This document shows positions 35,926-45,901 of a stretch of 64,000 nucleotides of DNA, one piece after another; within the stretch, counting starts at the first letter, position 1; the number at the start of each line of letters is the position of its first letter. Under the pieces are notes generated by a model, which was not told the origin of the DNA, did not search any database, and saw nothing but the letters and a program-made list of their open reading frames with translations. Origin of the DNA: a virus (taxonomy: Duplodnaviria > Caudoviricetes); IMG/VR virus record IMGVR_UViG_3300012663_001722, positions 22,278 through 86,277 of that record; one strand, written 5' to 3'. A program made the position numbers and the translations under genes.

Positions 35926-36857
35926 TTCCAATTTACTGTTCCCATAAGTTCAGTGCAGCATGCAACAAGATTAATTTCTTTATCTGCTACAAAACTAGAT
36001 TTATATTGATAGTCGGCTAGAATAAGAACAGCTGCTGGTTTACTCGCAGGCTCGATCCAACTATCCATGTTATCATAGATCTTGCGAAAGACATATGTGC
36101 TATCGCCATTGCTGCTATTTGCAACCCACTCACGCATAGTCTTAAAGTTTTTAGTTTTAAGGCTATCACGCAGAACTTCAAAACTATCATCACCGCTATC
36201 AGCTAGAATGTGAGCTCCGATACTACCACTTAATGCGTGACGTTGACATTCGCCAATCACTCGTCTCCAGTCTGGAGCATGCTTGCAAATAAGTTGGGCA
36301 AGCACAGCATCATCTGCACTTACACCTTCGCTTTGCAAGATATATTGCAGCCGTTGCATAAACTTGCCTGCTAATGAAGCTAGTGTCTTTTTATTGACAT
36401 TAAATTCAACTACAGTGCATCGACTATGCAATGGCTCAATAATACGATTTTTGAAATTACAAGTTAAGATGAAACGACAGTTATTACTAAACTCTTCCAT
36501 AAATGCACGCAACGCTGGCTGAGTGCTATGAACGCCGAGATATTCGGCCTCGTCAATAATAACAACTTTGGTGCCACCACTTAAACTAATACTGCTTGCA
36601 AATTGTTTAATTTTGTTTCGCAGCACATCAATGCCACTCTCTTCAGAGCCGTTGATGAAAATCCAATCACACCCCATTTCTTTGCAAAGTGCCTTTGCTA
36701 GTGTTGTTTTGCCAGTGCCTGCGCTGCCAGCAAAAATCATATTTGGTACATTGCCACTCTTAACAATCTCTTGAAAGGTTGTCTTAAGAGTTTTTGGCAG
36801 GATGCAATCTTCAATTTTTTGTGGTCTATATTTTTCTACCCAAAGTGTTTCTGTCAT
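35922..36857 (-). CDS. 44: clamp loader large subunit gp44
   Basis: LWVEKYRP, GSAGTGKTT, IIDEAE, RFILTCN, SRC, PDWRR. Confidence 0.97.
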   Translation of the reverse strand: MTETLWVEKYRPQKIEDCILPKTLKTTFQEIVKSGNVPNMIFAGSAGTGKTTLAKALCKEMGCDWIFINGSEESGIDVLRNKIKQFASSISLSGGTKVVIIDEAEYLGVHSTQPALRAFMEEFSNNCRFILTCNFKNRIIEPLHSRCTVVEFNVNKKTLASLAGKFMQRLQYILQSEGVSADDAVLAQLICKHAPDWRRVIGECQRHALSGSIGAHILADSGDDSFEVLRDSLKTKNFKTMREWVANSSNGDSTYVFRKIYDNMDSWIEPASKPAAVLILADYQYKSSFVADKEINLVACCTELMGTVNWK

Positions 36858-36860
36858 AAT

Positions 36861-37115
36861 TTATTGTTTCTTCAATGCGTCATATAATGATTTAATATCG
36901 CTGGTTTCTTCTTCAAAACTTGCTCCAGCTCGTTTATGATAGAGACGCGCTACCTTACGAACCATTGGTTTTGGCAGATCAAGACTATCATGCACAGCAT
37001 GAATAATTTCTTTGATCTGATCTTTAGCAGCATCGACAATATCGAGCTGCTCATCAATTTCTTTGATCGCATCATAAAATGCGACTCGATCTGTTTCAGA
37101 CTTGAATTCAATCAT
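36861..37115 (-). CDS. dsbA: DsbA-like dsDNA-binding protein
   Basis: IKEI...ARLYHK...FEEE...I..LYD, resembling T4 DsbA. Confidence 0.6.
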   Translation of the reverse strand: MIEFKSETDRVAFYDAIKEIDEQLDIVDAAKDQIKEIIHAVHDSLDLPKPMVRKVARLYHKRAGASFEEETSDIKSLYDALKKQ

Positions 37116-37117
37116 GT

Positions 37118-37381
37118 TTATAGAGGAAGTTCAAGTTGTTGTTGAGCTGCGTCAGGTTGGCAATCACCATCACAAACTTCAAGCTGACGCTCGCAGTCGC
37201 AGTCGGTTGAGCATTCTGCTTCAACCTCAGATTCTAGCATCTGACCGAGAAACTGCATGGTAGCATATACTTCACCAACAAGATGCAATTCATCTTCATG
37301 AAATGCTGCTCGATCGCGGCATGCTTCAATAATTGCCAATACACAGAAAAATGGATTTTTATTTGCTTCGATTAATTTCAT
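37118..37381 (-). CDS. hypothetical protein (87 aa)
   Basis: ORF with a Cys-rich C-terminus. Confidence 0.6.
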   Translation of the reverse strand: MKLIEANKNPFFCVLAIIEACRDRAAFHEDELHLVGEVYATMQFLGQMLESEVEAECSTDCDCERQLEVCDGDCQPDAAQQQLELPL

Positions 37382-37394
37382 AGTAAGTTATCTA

Positions 37395-38066
37395 TTACGC
37401 GTTAAATGTTGAAGTCTTTTCAAGTGCGATGTAATATTGAACGCCTGCACCAGCGTGAGTCCAATGACTAATAAAGCGTTTGCTAAGCTCGACACTATAG
37501 TCACCATTTAGCAACTTAAGATTGGCAATCAAAATATGAAAGTCAAAGCTATCAGTATTGTCATTGCTAGAGTCAAGCAGCAATTCAAAACTATTTGCGC
37601 TACTATTTTTTGGATCACTAATTCGTGCAATAATCTTGCCGCTATTGCCGACAATACTCAACACACTTTGACCAAGAATTGCAGCAGCTTTGCGTAATTG
37701 ACCAAGCTGAGCATTTGAAAATGATACTGTCACATCAACGCTAGGCATAGTAATGCTCTTTTGTGGATGTGTAAGAATATTTGGATCTGCAAAACGATAG
37801 TTTGCGCTGATGCCTCCATCACTAATCTTGACGCTCTTGTCCGAGAATTCAAGTTCAGCATCAGTGGAGCCGATCAAGCCATATACATTCATGAATTCAT
37901 TGAGATCATAGATTCCAAAGTCAACATCAAAGGTTGGGCTTGCTGTAGCATAGATGCTTTTTGCATCGTTAATTGTATCAAGCGGCTTATTAGCCTTGAC
38001 AACAAGATTAGGGTTGATTGACGCAAAATTGCGTAGGATTTCGATTGTGTTTGTTTCTAACTTCAT
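37395..38066 (-). CDS. 45: sliding clamp gp45
   Basis: MKL..NTIEILRNFASINPNL, FGIYDLNEF, Y.FADP.IL..P, NLKLL.GDY, YYIALE. Confidence 0.95.
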   Translation of the reverse strand: MKLETNTIEILRNFASINPNLVVKANKPLDTINDAKSIYATASPTFDVDFGIYDLNEFMNVYGLIGSTDAELEFSDKSVKISDGGISANYRFADPNILTHPQKSITMPSVDVTVSFSNAQLGQLRKAAAILGQSVLSIVGNSGKIIARISDPKNSSANSFELLLDSSNDNTDSFDFHILIANLKLLNGDYSVELSKRFISHWTHAGAGVQYYIALEKTSTFNA

Positions 38067-38163
38067 AGTGTTATTAATATATCATAAGGCGTGATGTTTG
38101 TAAACAAAAAAATACATCTTGTCGACCACCACAATCGACAAGATGCTATTGCTAAGCGAGCTA

Positions 38164-38433
38164 TTAGCCACGCTTAGGAGATCCCAAACGATAGCGCATA
38201 ACTGTGCCACCGGATTTGGTCTTACGAGGATTGCAATAGATTGCAGCTCCTTCGTTACGAAGATTATAAATTACGCGAGCAGGATCGGCGATGCCAGCAA
38301 GTTTAGCTTCAACTGTGCTAAATTCATGACCTTCTTCGAGAAAGCTATAAATCGCAGCGGCTTGAGTGCTATTTTTTACGAGACGAACGAATTTCTCGAG
38401 TTGTTTTTGTGTCAGTTTTGTACTTGGTTTCAT
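38164..38433 (-). CDS. winged helix-turn-helix protein
   Basis: FL..G...ST.EA...GI..P..VIY.LR.EG..I...Y.LG. Confidence 0.7.
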   Translation of the reverse strand: MKPSTKLTQKQLEKFVRLVKNSTQAAAIYSFLEEGHEFSTVEAKLAGIADPARVIYNLRNEGAAIYCNPRKTKSGGTVMRYRLGSPKRG

Positions 38434-38483
38434 ATGTTATGTTGTTTGTTGTTTTGTGATTAGTCAATATTGTCGACTAAAGC

Positions 38484-39662
38484 TTAGAAAGGGACTTCGT
38501 CAACTGCAGTGAGAAGAGTATTATCGGCGAGACTCTGTGCATCAATTTTGCTATAGAGGTCGAGAAATGCTTCGCGAGTATCGTTATCAAAGCGAGCAAT
38601 GCACATGCGAATTGCAGTCATGCGATCGCGAAAGATAGCAAAGCTCTTAACGATGTGACAGAGGCGTCGTGTAGAGACTACTTCATCCACACCTTCGTTT
38701 TCAAAGGTGGCGCGAATAACGCTGCTCCATGATACAAGCCTATTAGCAAACTCATCGTCATCGCATTGTAAGCTAGTCATATGCTTCTTGACAATTTTGA
38801 GCTCAGTAGCAAACTCAGGATATGGCTGGTCGATGCTAGCAACAAAGCGTTCAATGAATGCTTCGTCAATGATTTGAGCTGCCACATAGCGACCATCATC
38901 GCTGCCGCGACCCTTTGTGTTGGCGGTTGCAATGACGTTAAAGCCTGGGGCCGGAGTCACGGTCTCACCTGTTTTCTTGATGAGAATTGGCTTGCCTTCG
39001 AGAACGCCTTGCAAACACATAATTTTGTTGCTGCCGCGGTCGAGCTCATCAATAAGTAGGATGGCACCACGTTTCATCGCTTTGATGACTGGACCATGTT
39101 GGAAAACTGTCTCGCCATTGACAAGACGAAAGCCGCCGAGAAGATCATCTTCGTCTGTTTCGGGACTGATTTGCACACGCACATATTCGCGCTTGCTTTT
39201 GGCGCATGCTTGCTCAACCATAATGGTCTTGCCATTGCCGCTCATGCCGCTAATATAGAGTGGGAAAAACATGCGACTATCAACAATGCGCTTGACATTT
39301 TGATATTCTCCCCATGGAATGAAATTACTATCAACAGCAGGCACATAAATCTCATCGCTTGATACACTCTGCACTCCGCGTAGAGCCACAACTGGTGCAG
39401 CCTTTGGAGTTGGAGTTGGAGTTGGAGTTGGAGTTGGAGCTTGAGTTTGAACTTGTGCGGCAACTACGCCATCGGCGAGATGCGCTAAGTTCCATGAGCC
39501 GCGACCAACTTTGTGCGTCATAAAGGTGCTATTTGCACCGTTATAGCTAAAGCCATTGGCACGTGCGTGCTCATAGATTTGAGTTGTGCTTGCTGTGGGC
39601 CAGGCGCCAATAGCTTTGAGTGACGCGAGGGTGGATTCGATATTTCCTGATTTAGTGGACAT
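38484..39662 (-). CDS. MoxR/CobS-like AAA+ ATPase
   Basis: GMSGNGKT, DEDDLLGG, LLIDELD, ATANTKGRG, AFIERF, STRRL; (PT)n linker. Confidence 0.9.
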   Translation of the reverse strand: MSTKSGNIESTLASLKAIGAWPTASTTQIYEHARANGFSYNGANSTFMTHKVGRGSWNLAHLADGVVAAQVQTQAPTPTPTPTPTPKAAPVVALRGVQSVSSDEIYVPAVDSNFIPWGEYQNVKRIVDSRMFFPLYISGMSGNGKTIMVEQACAKSKREYVRVQISPETDEDDLLGGFRLVNGETVFQHGPVIKAMKRGAILLIDELDRGSNKIMCLQGVLEGKPILIKKTGETVTPAPGFNVIATANTKGRGSDDGRYVAAQIIDEAFIERFVASIDQPYPEFATELKIVKKHMTSLQCDDDEFANRLVSWSSVIRATFENEGVDEVVSTRRLCHIVKSFAIFRDRMTAIRMCIARFDNDTREAFLDLYSKIDAQSLADNTLLTAVDEVPF

Positions 39663-39710
39663 AATATTGTGGTGTAGGAGAGAAGTTTTTCAGCCGCTGC
39701 TGACTTGGAT

Positions 39711-39740
39711 ATCTTAACAAAAAGGGAGAGAAAAGTAAAC
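39711..39740 (-). promoter_or_regulatory. early promoter for the MoxR ATPase
   Basis: GTTTAC-N18-TAAGAT, with GGGGGCCC and a poly-C tract upstream. Confidence 0.7.
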
Positions 39741-39801
39741 AAAAAAGTGATAAAAAGTGAAAATATTTTAGGGCCCCCTGGGGGGGGGGGGTGGCCTCAG
39801 A

Positions 39802-42156
39802 TTAGGCAATCAAGTCCATGAACTTGCTCAGAAAGACTCGGCTTTGCTTTTTGTTAGCAGTATGCTTCGTGAACTCCTTGGCGAGCTTATTACGACCTGC
39901 GCGGCTTTCAGTATCAAGATCATTGATGCTAAAGTCATCATCAGAGAGTTTAACTCCAGCACGAGCATCTCGCATTACGAAATAGCCGTCGAAGCCAAAG
40001 CCGCCGGGGATGTAGATCACTCGATCGTTTGAGCTTCGCGAAGCTTTCATAGTCTTTTCATAGGCAACATAGCCTTCGCCCCAAGTTTTGATATTTGGAA
40101 AAGCTGCGCTGCTAATATATGCATTAGAGCATTTGGCAACAAGATCTTTTTTGCCGCTAGTTGGCAAGAAGAAGCAAAGAGTGTTACTGCCGGTGACTGC
40201 TTTAAAGTCGAGCATCAATTGACTTGCCATTGCTGCTTTATCTGTAGCTTCGCGGGCAAAAAGCTTAATCTCTTTCTTATGCCAAACAAAGTTGCGGTGA
40301 GTGCTATGATTACGTGGGTCTTTGTCATGCAATGCATCATTGCCGTTTCTAATAACACCGAGACAGCCACCATCGCCATCGCTGATGAAAATTGTGTTCA
40401 TTTTTTGCACTCCAGTTTTTGCTCTAAAGGCATTGACAAGATGTGCAGCAATGATTGTTGTTTCATAGAGAGGTGTGCCGCTCATAGTTTCGATTTGGCT
40501 GCCAAAGATATTGCTACGACTACATACATAGTTAAGAAAAAGCTCTTTGCTTGCAGTTTCAAATTCGACTTTATTGAGTTCACTATTAAGCAGCTCATTG
40601 ACTGTCGCCCAGCGAAAATCAATATTGTCACCAATGCGAGATTCACGATAGTCAAAATTTTCACGGATCGAAGTAAAGCCATAGACAACAAATGGAACAC
40701 CAACTGCTTTGCAAAACCATACAAGCTCAAATGTTTGTTTGACAACATCAGATATTACTCCATCCATGCTTTGGCTGCAATCGAGAAAGAATGCCATGCC
40801 GTGGCTTTTGCTTTGGGCGAGGCGAGATACGTTCTTGAAGATTTGATCGTCATAGCGATAAGCATGCAATTTGTTAACATTGATCTGACCAGTTGTGGCA
40901 AGAGTAGCTCTGCTATATTCAAAGGCACTCTTTTTGCGTTCGAACTCTTTGACAAAGCTTGCTACACTTGACTTGCTGCTCTTTTTGAATTCGTTCCAAC
41001 GCTCATTCATTATGGAATTAGTCATAGCATCGTTATAGCGACTCAATTGTTTTTGACGCTCAGCGCGAACTTTCTTGAGATCATTGACACATTTTGCAAA
41101 GTCAGATGGGATTGGAGTATTGATTGAGCTATAGTCATTGCCTTCATGAAGCTTATTCAATTCATTGTCAAAGCTTTGTTGTGTAGAACAGCTATAGTCA
41201 GCTTCTTTAGATTCTTTGGCTTGAGTTTGAGATTTGACACTTTTGCCAGCGCCTGAGATTTCAGACTTATCATCTTGAGGCTGAGTAACTTGATTTTGAT
41301 CTTTTGAATCATCTTGAGAATCTTCAGTAGTAGAGTCAGCTTCAGTGCCATCATCGGCCTCGTCAGAATTCTCAGAGCTTTCAGATTTGTCGCTCTTGGA
41401 TTCTTCAGAAGCTTTATCGCTCTCAGAGCTTTGGCTATCTTCATCAGCAGGACTGATATGGCTTAGATTTTGAGTGTCGTCGTCACCTTCTTCGTTGCTT
41501 TGTTCATCGCAGCTTGGAGATGACATATCATCTTGAGAGTCTTGCTGCTGAGCAATTTGAGGATTGACGTTTTTGTCACTCTCGATAAATTCAATGATGC
41601 GACCGCAAACTTCAAGCACATCGCTCCATGTTTGTGTAGCGTCACATGCTTCAAAGAGAGCTTGCTCTTCAGCAGAGAATGTAATGCTTACTTGATCGCG
41701 CAGCTTGCCTTTAAGATTAAGGCGATCGAGAAAGCTCATTTGAGAAAGATCTTTGCCTGCGATCTTGAAAAAGTCTTGTTTCAAGAAGTAGTTATAACCA
41801 TTGCGAAATGGACTAATAAGTCCTGGGAAATTTTCTTGCACAAGACGCTCGATGCGAATATCTTCGACAATATTTGCAATGTCAAAGGGTGCTTTAGGAT
41901 AGCGCGTCATAAACTCAGTGTGTGCATCTACTGGAGTATGCAGCGCATGGCCAACTTCGTGACCTACTAGCAAGTCAGCTACATTCTTATCAGAGATGTT
42001 CCAACTTGGCAGGCCGAGGATTCGGTTTTTGACATCAAAGAAAGCGGTGCTATAATTGCCTACGCGAATCATGATGTTTTCTTTAGCCAAGAGACGAGCG
42101 AGTTGCTTTTGACTCTCGAAGTTGAAGGCTGGTTGTTTTGTGGTGGTGTTGCTCAC
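39802..42156 (-). CDS. CobT-like protein: HEXXH peptidase-like N-terminus, acidic linker, VWA domain
   Basis: GHEVGHALHT, NIVEDIRIE; MIDAS DCSQS, SGTPL, ISDGDG. Confidence 0.88.
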   Translation of the reverse strand: MSNTTTKQPAFNFESQKQLARLLAKENIMIRVGNYSTAFFDVKNRILGLPSWNISDKNVADLLVGHEVGHALHTPVDAHTEFMTRYPKAPFDIANIVEDIRIERLVQENFPGLISPFRNGYNYFLKQDFFKIAGKDLSQMSFLDRLNLKGKLRDQVSITFSAEEQALFEACDATQTWSDVLEVCGRIIEFIESDKNVNPQIAQQQDSQDDMSSPSCDEQSNEEGDDDTQNLSHISPADEDSQSSESDKASEESKSDKSESSENSDEADDGTEADSTTEDSQDDSKDQNQVTQPQDDKSEISGAGKSVKSQTQAKESKEADYSCSTQQSFDNELNKLHEGNDYSSINTPIPSDFAKCVNDLKKVRAERQKQLSRYNDAMTNSIMNERWNEFKKSSKSSVASFVKEFERKKSAFEYSRATLATTGQINVNKLHAYRYDDQIFKNVSRLAQSKSHGMAFFLDCSQSMDGVISDVVKQTFELVWFCKAVGVPFVVYGFTSIRENFDYRESRIGDNIDFRWATVNELLNSELNKVEFETASKELFLNYVCSRSNIFGSQIETMSGTPLYETTIIAAHLVNAFRAKTGVQKMNTIFISDGDGGCLGVIRNGNDALHDKDPRNHSTHRNFVWHKKEIKLFAREATDKAAMASQLMLDFKAVTGSNTLCFFLPTSGKKDLVAKCSNAYISSAAFPNIKTWGEGYVAYEKTMKASRSSNDRVIYIPGGFGFDGYFVMRDARAGVKLSDDDFSINDLDTESRAGRNKLAKEFTKHTANKKQSRVFLSKFMDLIA

Positions 42157-42162
42157 AAGGAA

Positions 42163-42192
42163 ATAGTACCATATTTTGAGTGGAAAGTAAAC
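42163..42192 (-). promoter_or_regulatory. early promoter, copy E (leaderless GTG)
   Basis: GTTTAC-N18-TACTAT-TTCCTT-GTGAGCAACACC. Confidence 0.8.
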
Positions 42193-42328
42193 AAAAAAGT
42201 GATATTTTTTTCATTTTTTTTCACTTTTTTCTCCAAGCTATGATGGGCATGAGAGAAAATATTTAGGGGCCCCCTGCCTGGAGGCCCCTTGGTTTTTATA
42301 AAAGCGCGCACCCAGGCGAGGGAGACAC

Positions 42329-44053
42329 CTACTCAGTCTCAGACTTGAGCCTCGTGAAGTTTTTCACCTTTTCAAACTCAAGCTTACGCTCAAATTTGCC
42401 ATCTTGCATCTCAGCATTGTGTGAGATAACAAAGACTCGTGTGCTCGGATCAAGTGTCTCCATAATCTTAAAGAGATTCTCGATACCCTCACCATCCAAA
42501 CTGCCATCAAATACCTCGTCAAGCATGAGTAGATTGGTGTTTGCACTATTCTTCATCTTTGAGATTTGTCTCCAGGCAAAAAGCAAGCTTAGATCAATAC
42601 GTGCTCTCTCGCCTTCGCTAAAGCTGGCATAGCTAAAGTCATCGCGATAGCGACTACGCAGAGTCTCGGTAAAATTCTCATCAAGCTCAAAGCTTACGAA
42701 AAAGTCAAGAACTTGCAAATAGTTATTGATCAGCTGATTCATGACTGGCAGATATTGACGAATAATCTTGGTTTTAATGCCAGTGTCCTTTAGCATCTCT
42801 GCAACTACATCATTATAGTGGCGATTGTCTTGTAGATTACTTTTAAGATCAGAGAGATTATCACGTTGACTCTTTAGAGTCTCAAGTTCAGATTGCGAGC
42901 TTTCAAGCGCAACAGCATCAGCAATACTATCTCTGGACTTTTTACACTCGGCCAATCTCTTTTCAAGATTTTGTAAATGCAAACTATTTGCATGAATAGC
43001 ATTTTGTAATTTAGCCAATTCATTTAATCGATCAGTGAGAGCTCGAGCTCTCTCTGCAGCCTGTGAAATTGTTTCAGTAATGCTTGTATCACCAGCTTGT
43101 AGTTCACTTGCTTTGTGTGTGCATATCTGCAGCGCTTTTTCACGAGTCTCAGTAGAGATGTCCTGAGTGCAAGTAGGGCAATGTGTATGTTCAGAATAAA
43201 ATGTGCTTTGCTCTTGCAGATCATTGTATTTTATTTTGATTTGAGTTTTTAAACCCTGCAACTCTGCAAGCTTTTCACGCTGCTTATCAAGTTTGATCTT
43301 TACACTGGGAGCATGAAGATTATATGTTTGTAGCTTGCTTGAGTTTTCCTCCAGCACACGAGCTATTTCGGAGTCGATATCTGCAATCTCAATATCAAGT
43401 TTATCAGAGTTATCACCACTAATCTTTTGTAGCTTTTCAATATGACCATGCTGCAATCGCACTCGCTCACGCAAACTCTCTAATTGACTCTCAGTATAGC
43501 GCAGCTGCTCTTTAAGCTTGCCTTGATTTTCTTTGAGTAGCGTATTCATTTTACTAAAGATGCTAATGTCAAGCAAATCTTCAATAACTGTCCGACGCTG
43601 GCCTTGAGGCAGCTGCATAAATGGTATAAAGTTACCACTGCCAAGAACAATGACCTGGTGAAAGCTCTTATGATTAAGTTTCAAGATGTTTGTCTCAAGA
43701 ATCTTTTGATAATCACGATTATGTGATTCCTGATTAAGCATCTCTCCGTCAAGCCAGATCTCAAAGATATTTGGTTTTTGCCCTCTTAGAATTCGATATT
43801 GTTTGGTGCCGCAACGAAACCATATTTCAACGAGCAGACCTTTGCCATTGATGCTATTCACAAGCTGAGTTTTGTTAATGCCTCGGTGAGGCTTGCCAAA
43901 AAGTACAAAGCTAATTGCATCCAACAGCAAACTCTTGCCACTGCCATTTTTTCCAACAATAAGAGTTGATCTATATCCTTCAAGATCAACCTCGACAGGA
44001 GAAGTACCAACGCTTAGGAAATTTACATATTTAATTTTTTCGAAAATGATCAT
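42329..44053 (-). CDS. 46: SbcC/Rad50-like recombination nuclease subunit gp46
   Basis: GKNGSGKS, LFGKPHR, CPTC hook, FSEGE..RIDL, LDEVFDGSLD, ISH. Confidence 0.96.
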   Translation of the reverse strand: MIIFEKIKYVNFLSVGTSPVEVDLEGYRSTLIVGKNGSGKSLLLDAISFVLFGKPHRGINKTQLVNSINGKGLLVEIWFRCGTKQYRILRGQKPNIFEIWLDGEMLNQESHNRDYQKILETNILKLNHKSFHQVIVLGSGNFIPFMQLPQGQRRTVIEDLLDISIFSKMNTLLKENQGKLKEQLRYTESQLESLRERVRLQHGHIEKLQKISGDNSDKLDIEIADIDSEIARVLEENSSKLQTYNLHAPSVKIKLDKQREKLAELQGLKTQIKIKYNDLQEQSTFYSEHTHCPTCTQDISTETREKALQICTHKASELQAGDTSITETISQAAERARALTDRLNELAKLQNAIHANSLHLQNLEKRLAECKKSRDSIADAVALESSQSELETLKSQRDNLSDLKSNLQDNRHYNDVVAEMLKDTGIKTKIIRQYLPVMNQLINNYLQVLDFFVSFELDENFTETLRSRYRDDFSYASFSEGERARIDLSLLFAWRQISKMKNSANTNLLMLDEVFDGSLDGEGIENLFKIMETLDPSTRVFVISHNAEMQDGKFERKLEFEKVKNFTRLKSETE

Positions 44054-45135
44054 AGACTATCAAGGGCTTGGGCTTCAACGTAAAGTTCTTGCAATAATGT
44101 TTTAATTCGATCTCTATCAAGATCTGTTTCAACAGCATCTACATAGTTATTAAGTAGACTAACTGTGTCTGTTGCAACAGTAGATTCATCGATCGTTACA
44201 TTGCTTGCATTATATTCATCAAAATTTTCAACGGTCTTTACTTCAAATGGATTTGCAGCTTGTATTGCATCAACGAATTTATCAAAGAGATATGGATTCT
44301 TTTTAACTCGCACAACAAGCTTAACATAAGTTGATGTTAGTGCACTAAAATCATATTCAGCAAGATCAGCATAGATGTTATCATCTGCATCGCTATCATC
44401 ATAAACAAGCTTATTGAAAAGAGTAATTGGATTGCGAATTGCATGCAACTCTCGAGTCTCACTGTCAAGAATGTGAAAATATTTTGGATCATCACAATCT
44501 GCCCACGTTAATTCATAGGGTGTGCCAAGATAATGTATATTGCCTTTGTCACTCTTTGTGTGATAGTGTCCACTTAACACACTCTCATAGCGAGAGAAAA
44601 GTTCTGCATTCATGCCATGACTCGCAGCTGGCATGCCTTTCATCATTTCAAATCCAGCTAGCTCAAGATGTGCACCAATTATTGGAGCTTGGGCAGTTTG
44701 TATAAACTCAATGCTGCTAGCATAATTCTCTGGGTTAATCCATGGCAGCAAGGCAATCTTTAAGCCATCATAATCCAAAATTGTTGGATTCATGTGTAGC
44801 TTAATAACATCGGCATGCAGCATGACAATCTCTTGCAAACTACAAACATCGTTCGTACTCTTGTAATAGACATCATGATTACCTGGAATGATATTCATAG
44901 TCATGCCATATTCACGAAGTTTTTCAATGAAATTGGCTTTGTTTGCAGCCAATGCTTTGATATTCGTAAATTTACGATGATCATAATAATCACCTAGATG
45001 CAGGATTTCAGTGATGCCTTGTTTTTTACATTCAGGAAAAAAGACTTCATTATAGAATCTCTTTTCATTATTGATAAAGACATCACTGCCGTTTTTAATA
45101 CCACTATGGGTATCCGTGATAATTGCGATTTTCAT
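44050..45135 (-). CDS. 47: SbcD/Mre11-like recombination nuclease subunit gp47
   Basis: ITDTH.G, LGDYYD, GNHD, GAHLEL, SGHYH. Confidence 0.96.
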   Translation of the reverse strand: MKIAIITDTHSGIKNGSDVFINNEKRFYNEVFFPECKKQGITEILHLGDYYDHRKFTNIKALAANKANFIEKLREYGMTMNIIPGNHDVYYKSTNDVCSLQEIVMLHADVIKLHMNPTILDYDGLKIALLPWINPENYASSIEFIQTAQAPIIGAHLELAGFEMMKGMPAASHGMNAELFSRYESVLSGHYHTKSDKGNIHYLGTPYELTWADCDDPKYFHILDSETRELHAIRNPITLFNKLVYDDSDADDNIYADLAEYDFSALTSTYVKLVVRVKKNPYLFDKFVDAIQAANPFEVKTVENFDEYNASNVTIDESTVATDTVSLLNNYVDAVETDLDRDRIKTLLQELYVEAQALDSL

Positions 45136-45776
45136 AGGGCTGCAAAAAAGTCACTCAATGGACCAAGTTCTGGAGTTTTTTTGGAGGGTCGACCTCTTTT
45201 CTTTTTAGTAGGTAATGGCTCATGATCCTTAACACTGCAAAGATCATCTTTATAAAATGCTCCATCAAGTTTATGACGAGCGCGTTCAATCATGCTTTCT
45301 CCGATCTGACCGCTGTCATCACCAAAGTCAGCAAATGAGTCAAGACTTGAACCTTCAATGAGTTTTTGTTTAATCTCCGTTTGTTTTTTCTCTTTTTCAA
45401 TGCGTCTTAAAAAGGCATAATAGCTGATTTGTGTAAAATAGCTAAATGCATTTGGTGTGCCTGTTCGAGTGGGAGCATCAATATTAAAGTTATTGACAAC
45501 CTTAATACAGTTTTCTACTGCATCCATAACCATATCATCGCGATAGCTATAGTTCATGAAGTTTGGACTTCGTGATAACCCACTAGCGATCTGATAAATC
45601 CCCAATGCAATATAGTCTGTAACTACAGGATCCTCCAAGCCAGTTGCTCGGGCAGTTTTAACACTTTGAACATATGAGGCCAAAGCCAAACTAAGTTCTT
45701 TATTGTTAATGTAATCAGATCCTTCTTTTCTTTTACGTGTACTTTTTACTTTTTTTGGTTGATCTTCTTCAATCAT
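45132..45776 (-). CDS. 55: late sigma factor gp55
   Basis: YINNKE, NF.NYSYRDDMV.DAVENC, NAFSYFTQI.YYAFLRRI.KEKKQ; start moved to 45776. Confidence 0.95.
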   Translation of the reverse strand: MIEEDQPKKVKSTRKRKEGSDYINNKELSLALASYVQSVKTARATGLEDPVVTDYIALGIYQIASGLSRSPNFMNYSYRDDMVMDAVENCIKVVNNFNIDAPTRTGTPNAFSYFTQISYYAFLRRIEKEKKQTEIKQKLIEGSSLDSFADFGDDSGQIGESMIERARHKLDGAFYKDDLCSVKDHEPLPTKKKRGRPSKKTPELGPLSDFFAAL

Positions 45777-45783
45777 GCTATCT

Positions 45784-45812
45784 AGTATACCACAAAACAA
45801 AAGTTTGTAAAC
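45784..45812 (-). promoter_or_regulatory. sigma70-type promoter for gp55 (leaderless)
   Basis: GTTTAC-N17-TATACT-N7-ATG. Confidence 0.8.
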
Positions 45813-45834
45813 AATTATTTTTATGAATTTTTTG

Positions 45835-45901
45835 GTTTACAAACAATCAGATTCATGTATAATAGGTGCCATGCACCTTCGGCTGAATGAAATGAAGCCG
45901 A
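45835..45901 (+). ncRNA. counter-oriented promoter plus double-hairpin element, copy 2
   Basis: GTTTAC-N17-TATAAT, then AGGTGC-CAT-GCACCT and TCGGCT-GAATGAAATGA-AGCCGA. Confidence 0.55.

Noticed and set aside
39405-39440. (GGAGTT)n microsatellite
   Set aside because: It encodes a Pro-Thr linker in the MoxR ATPase, an ordinary low-complexity spacer
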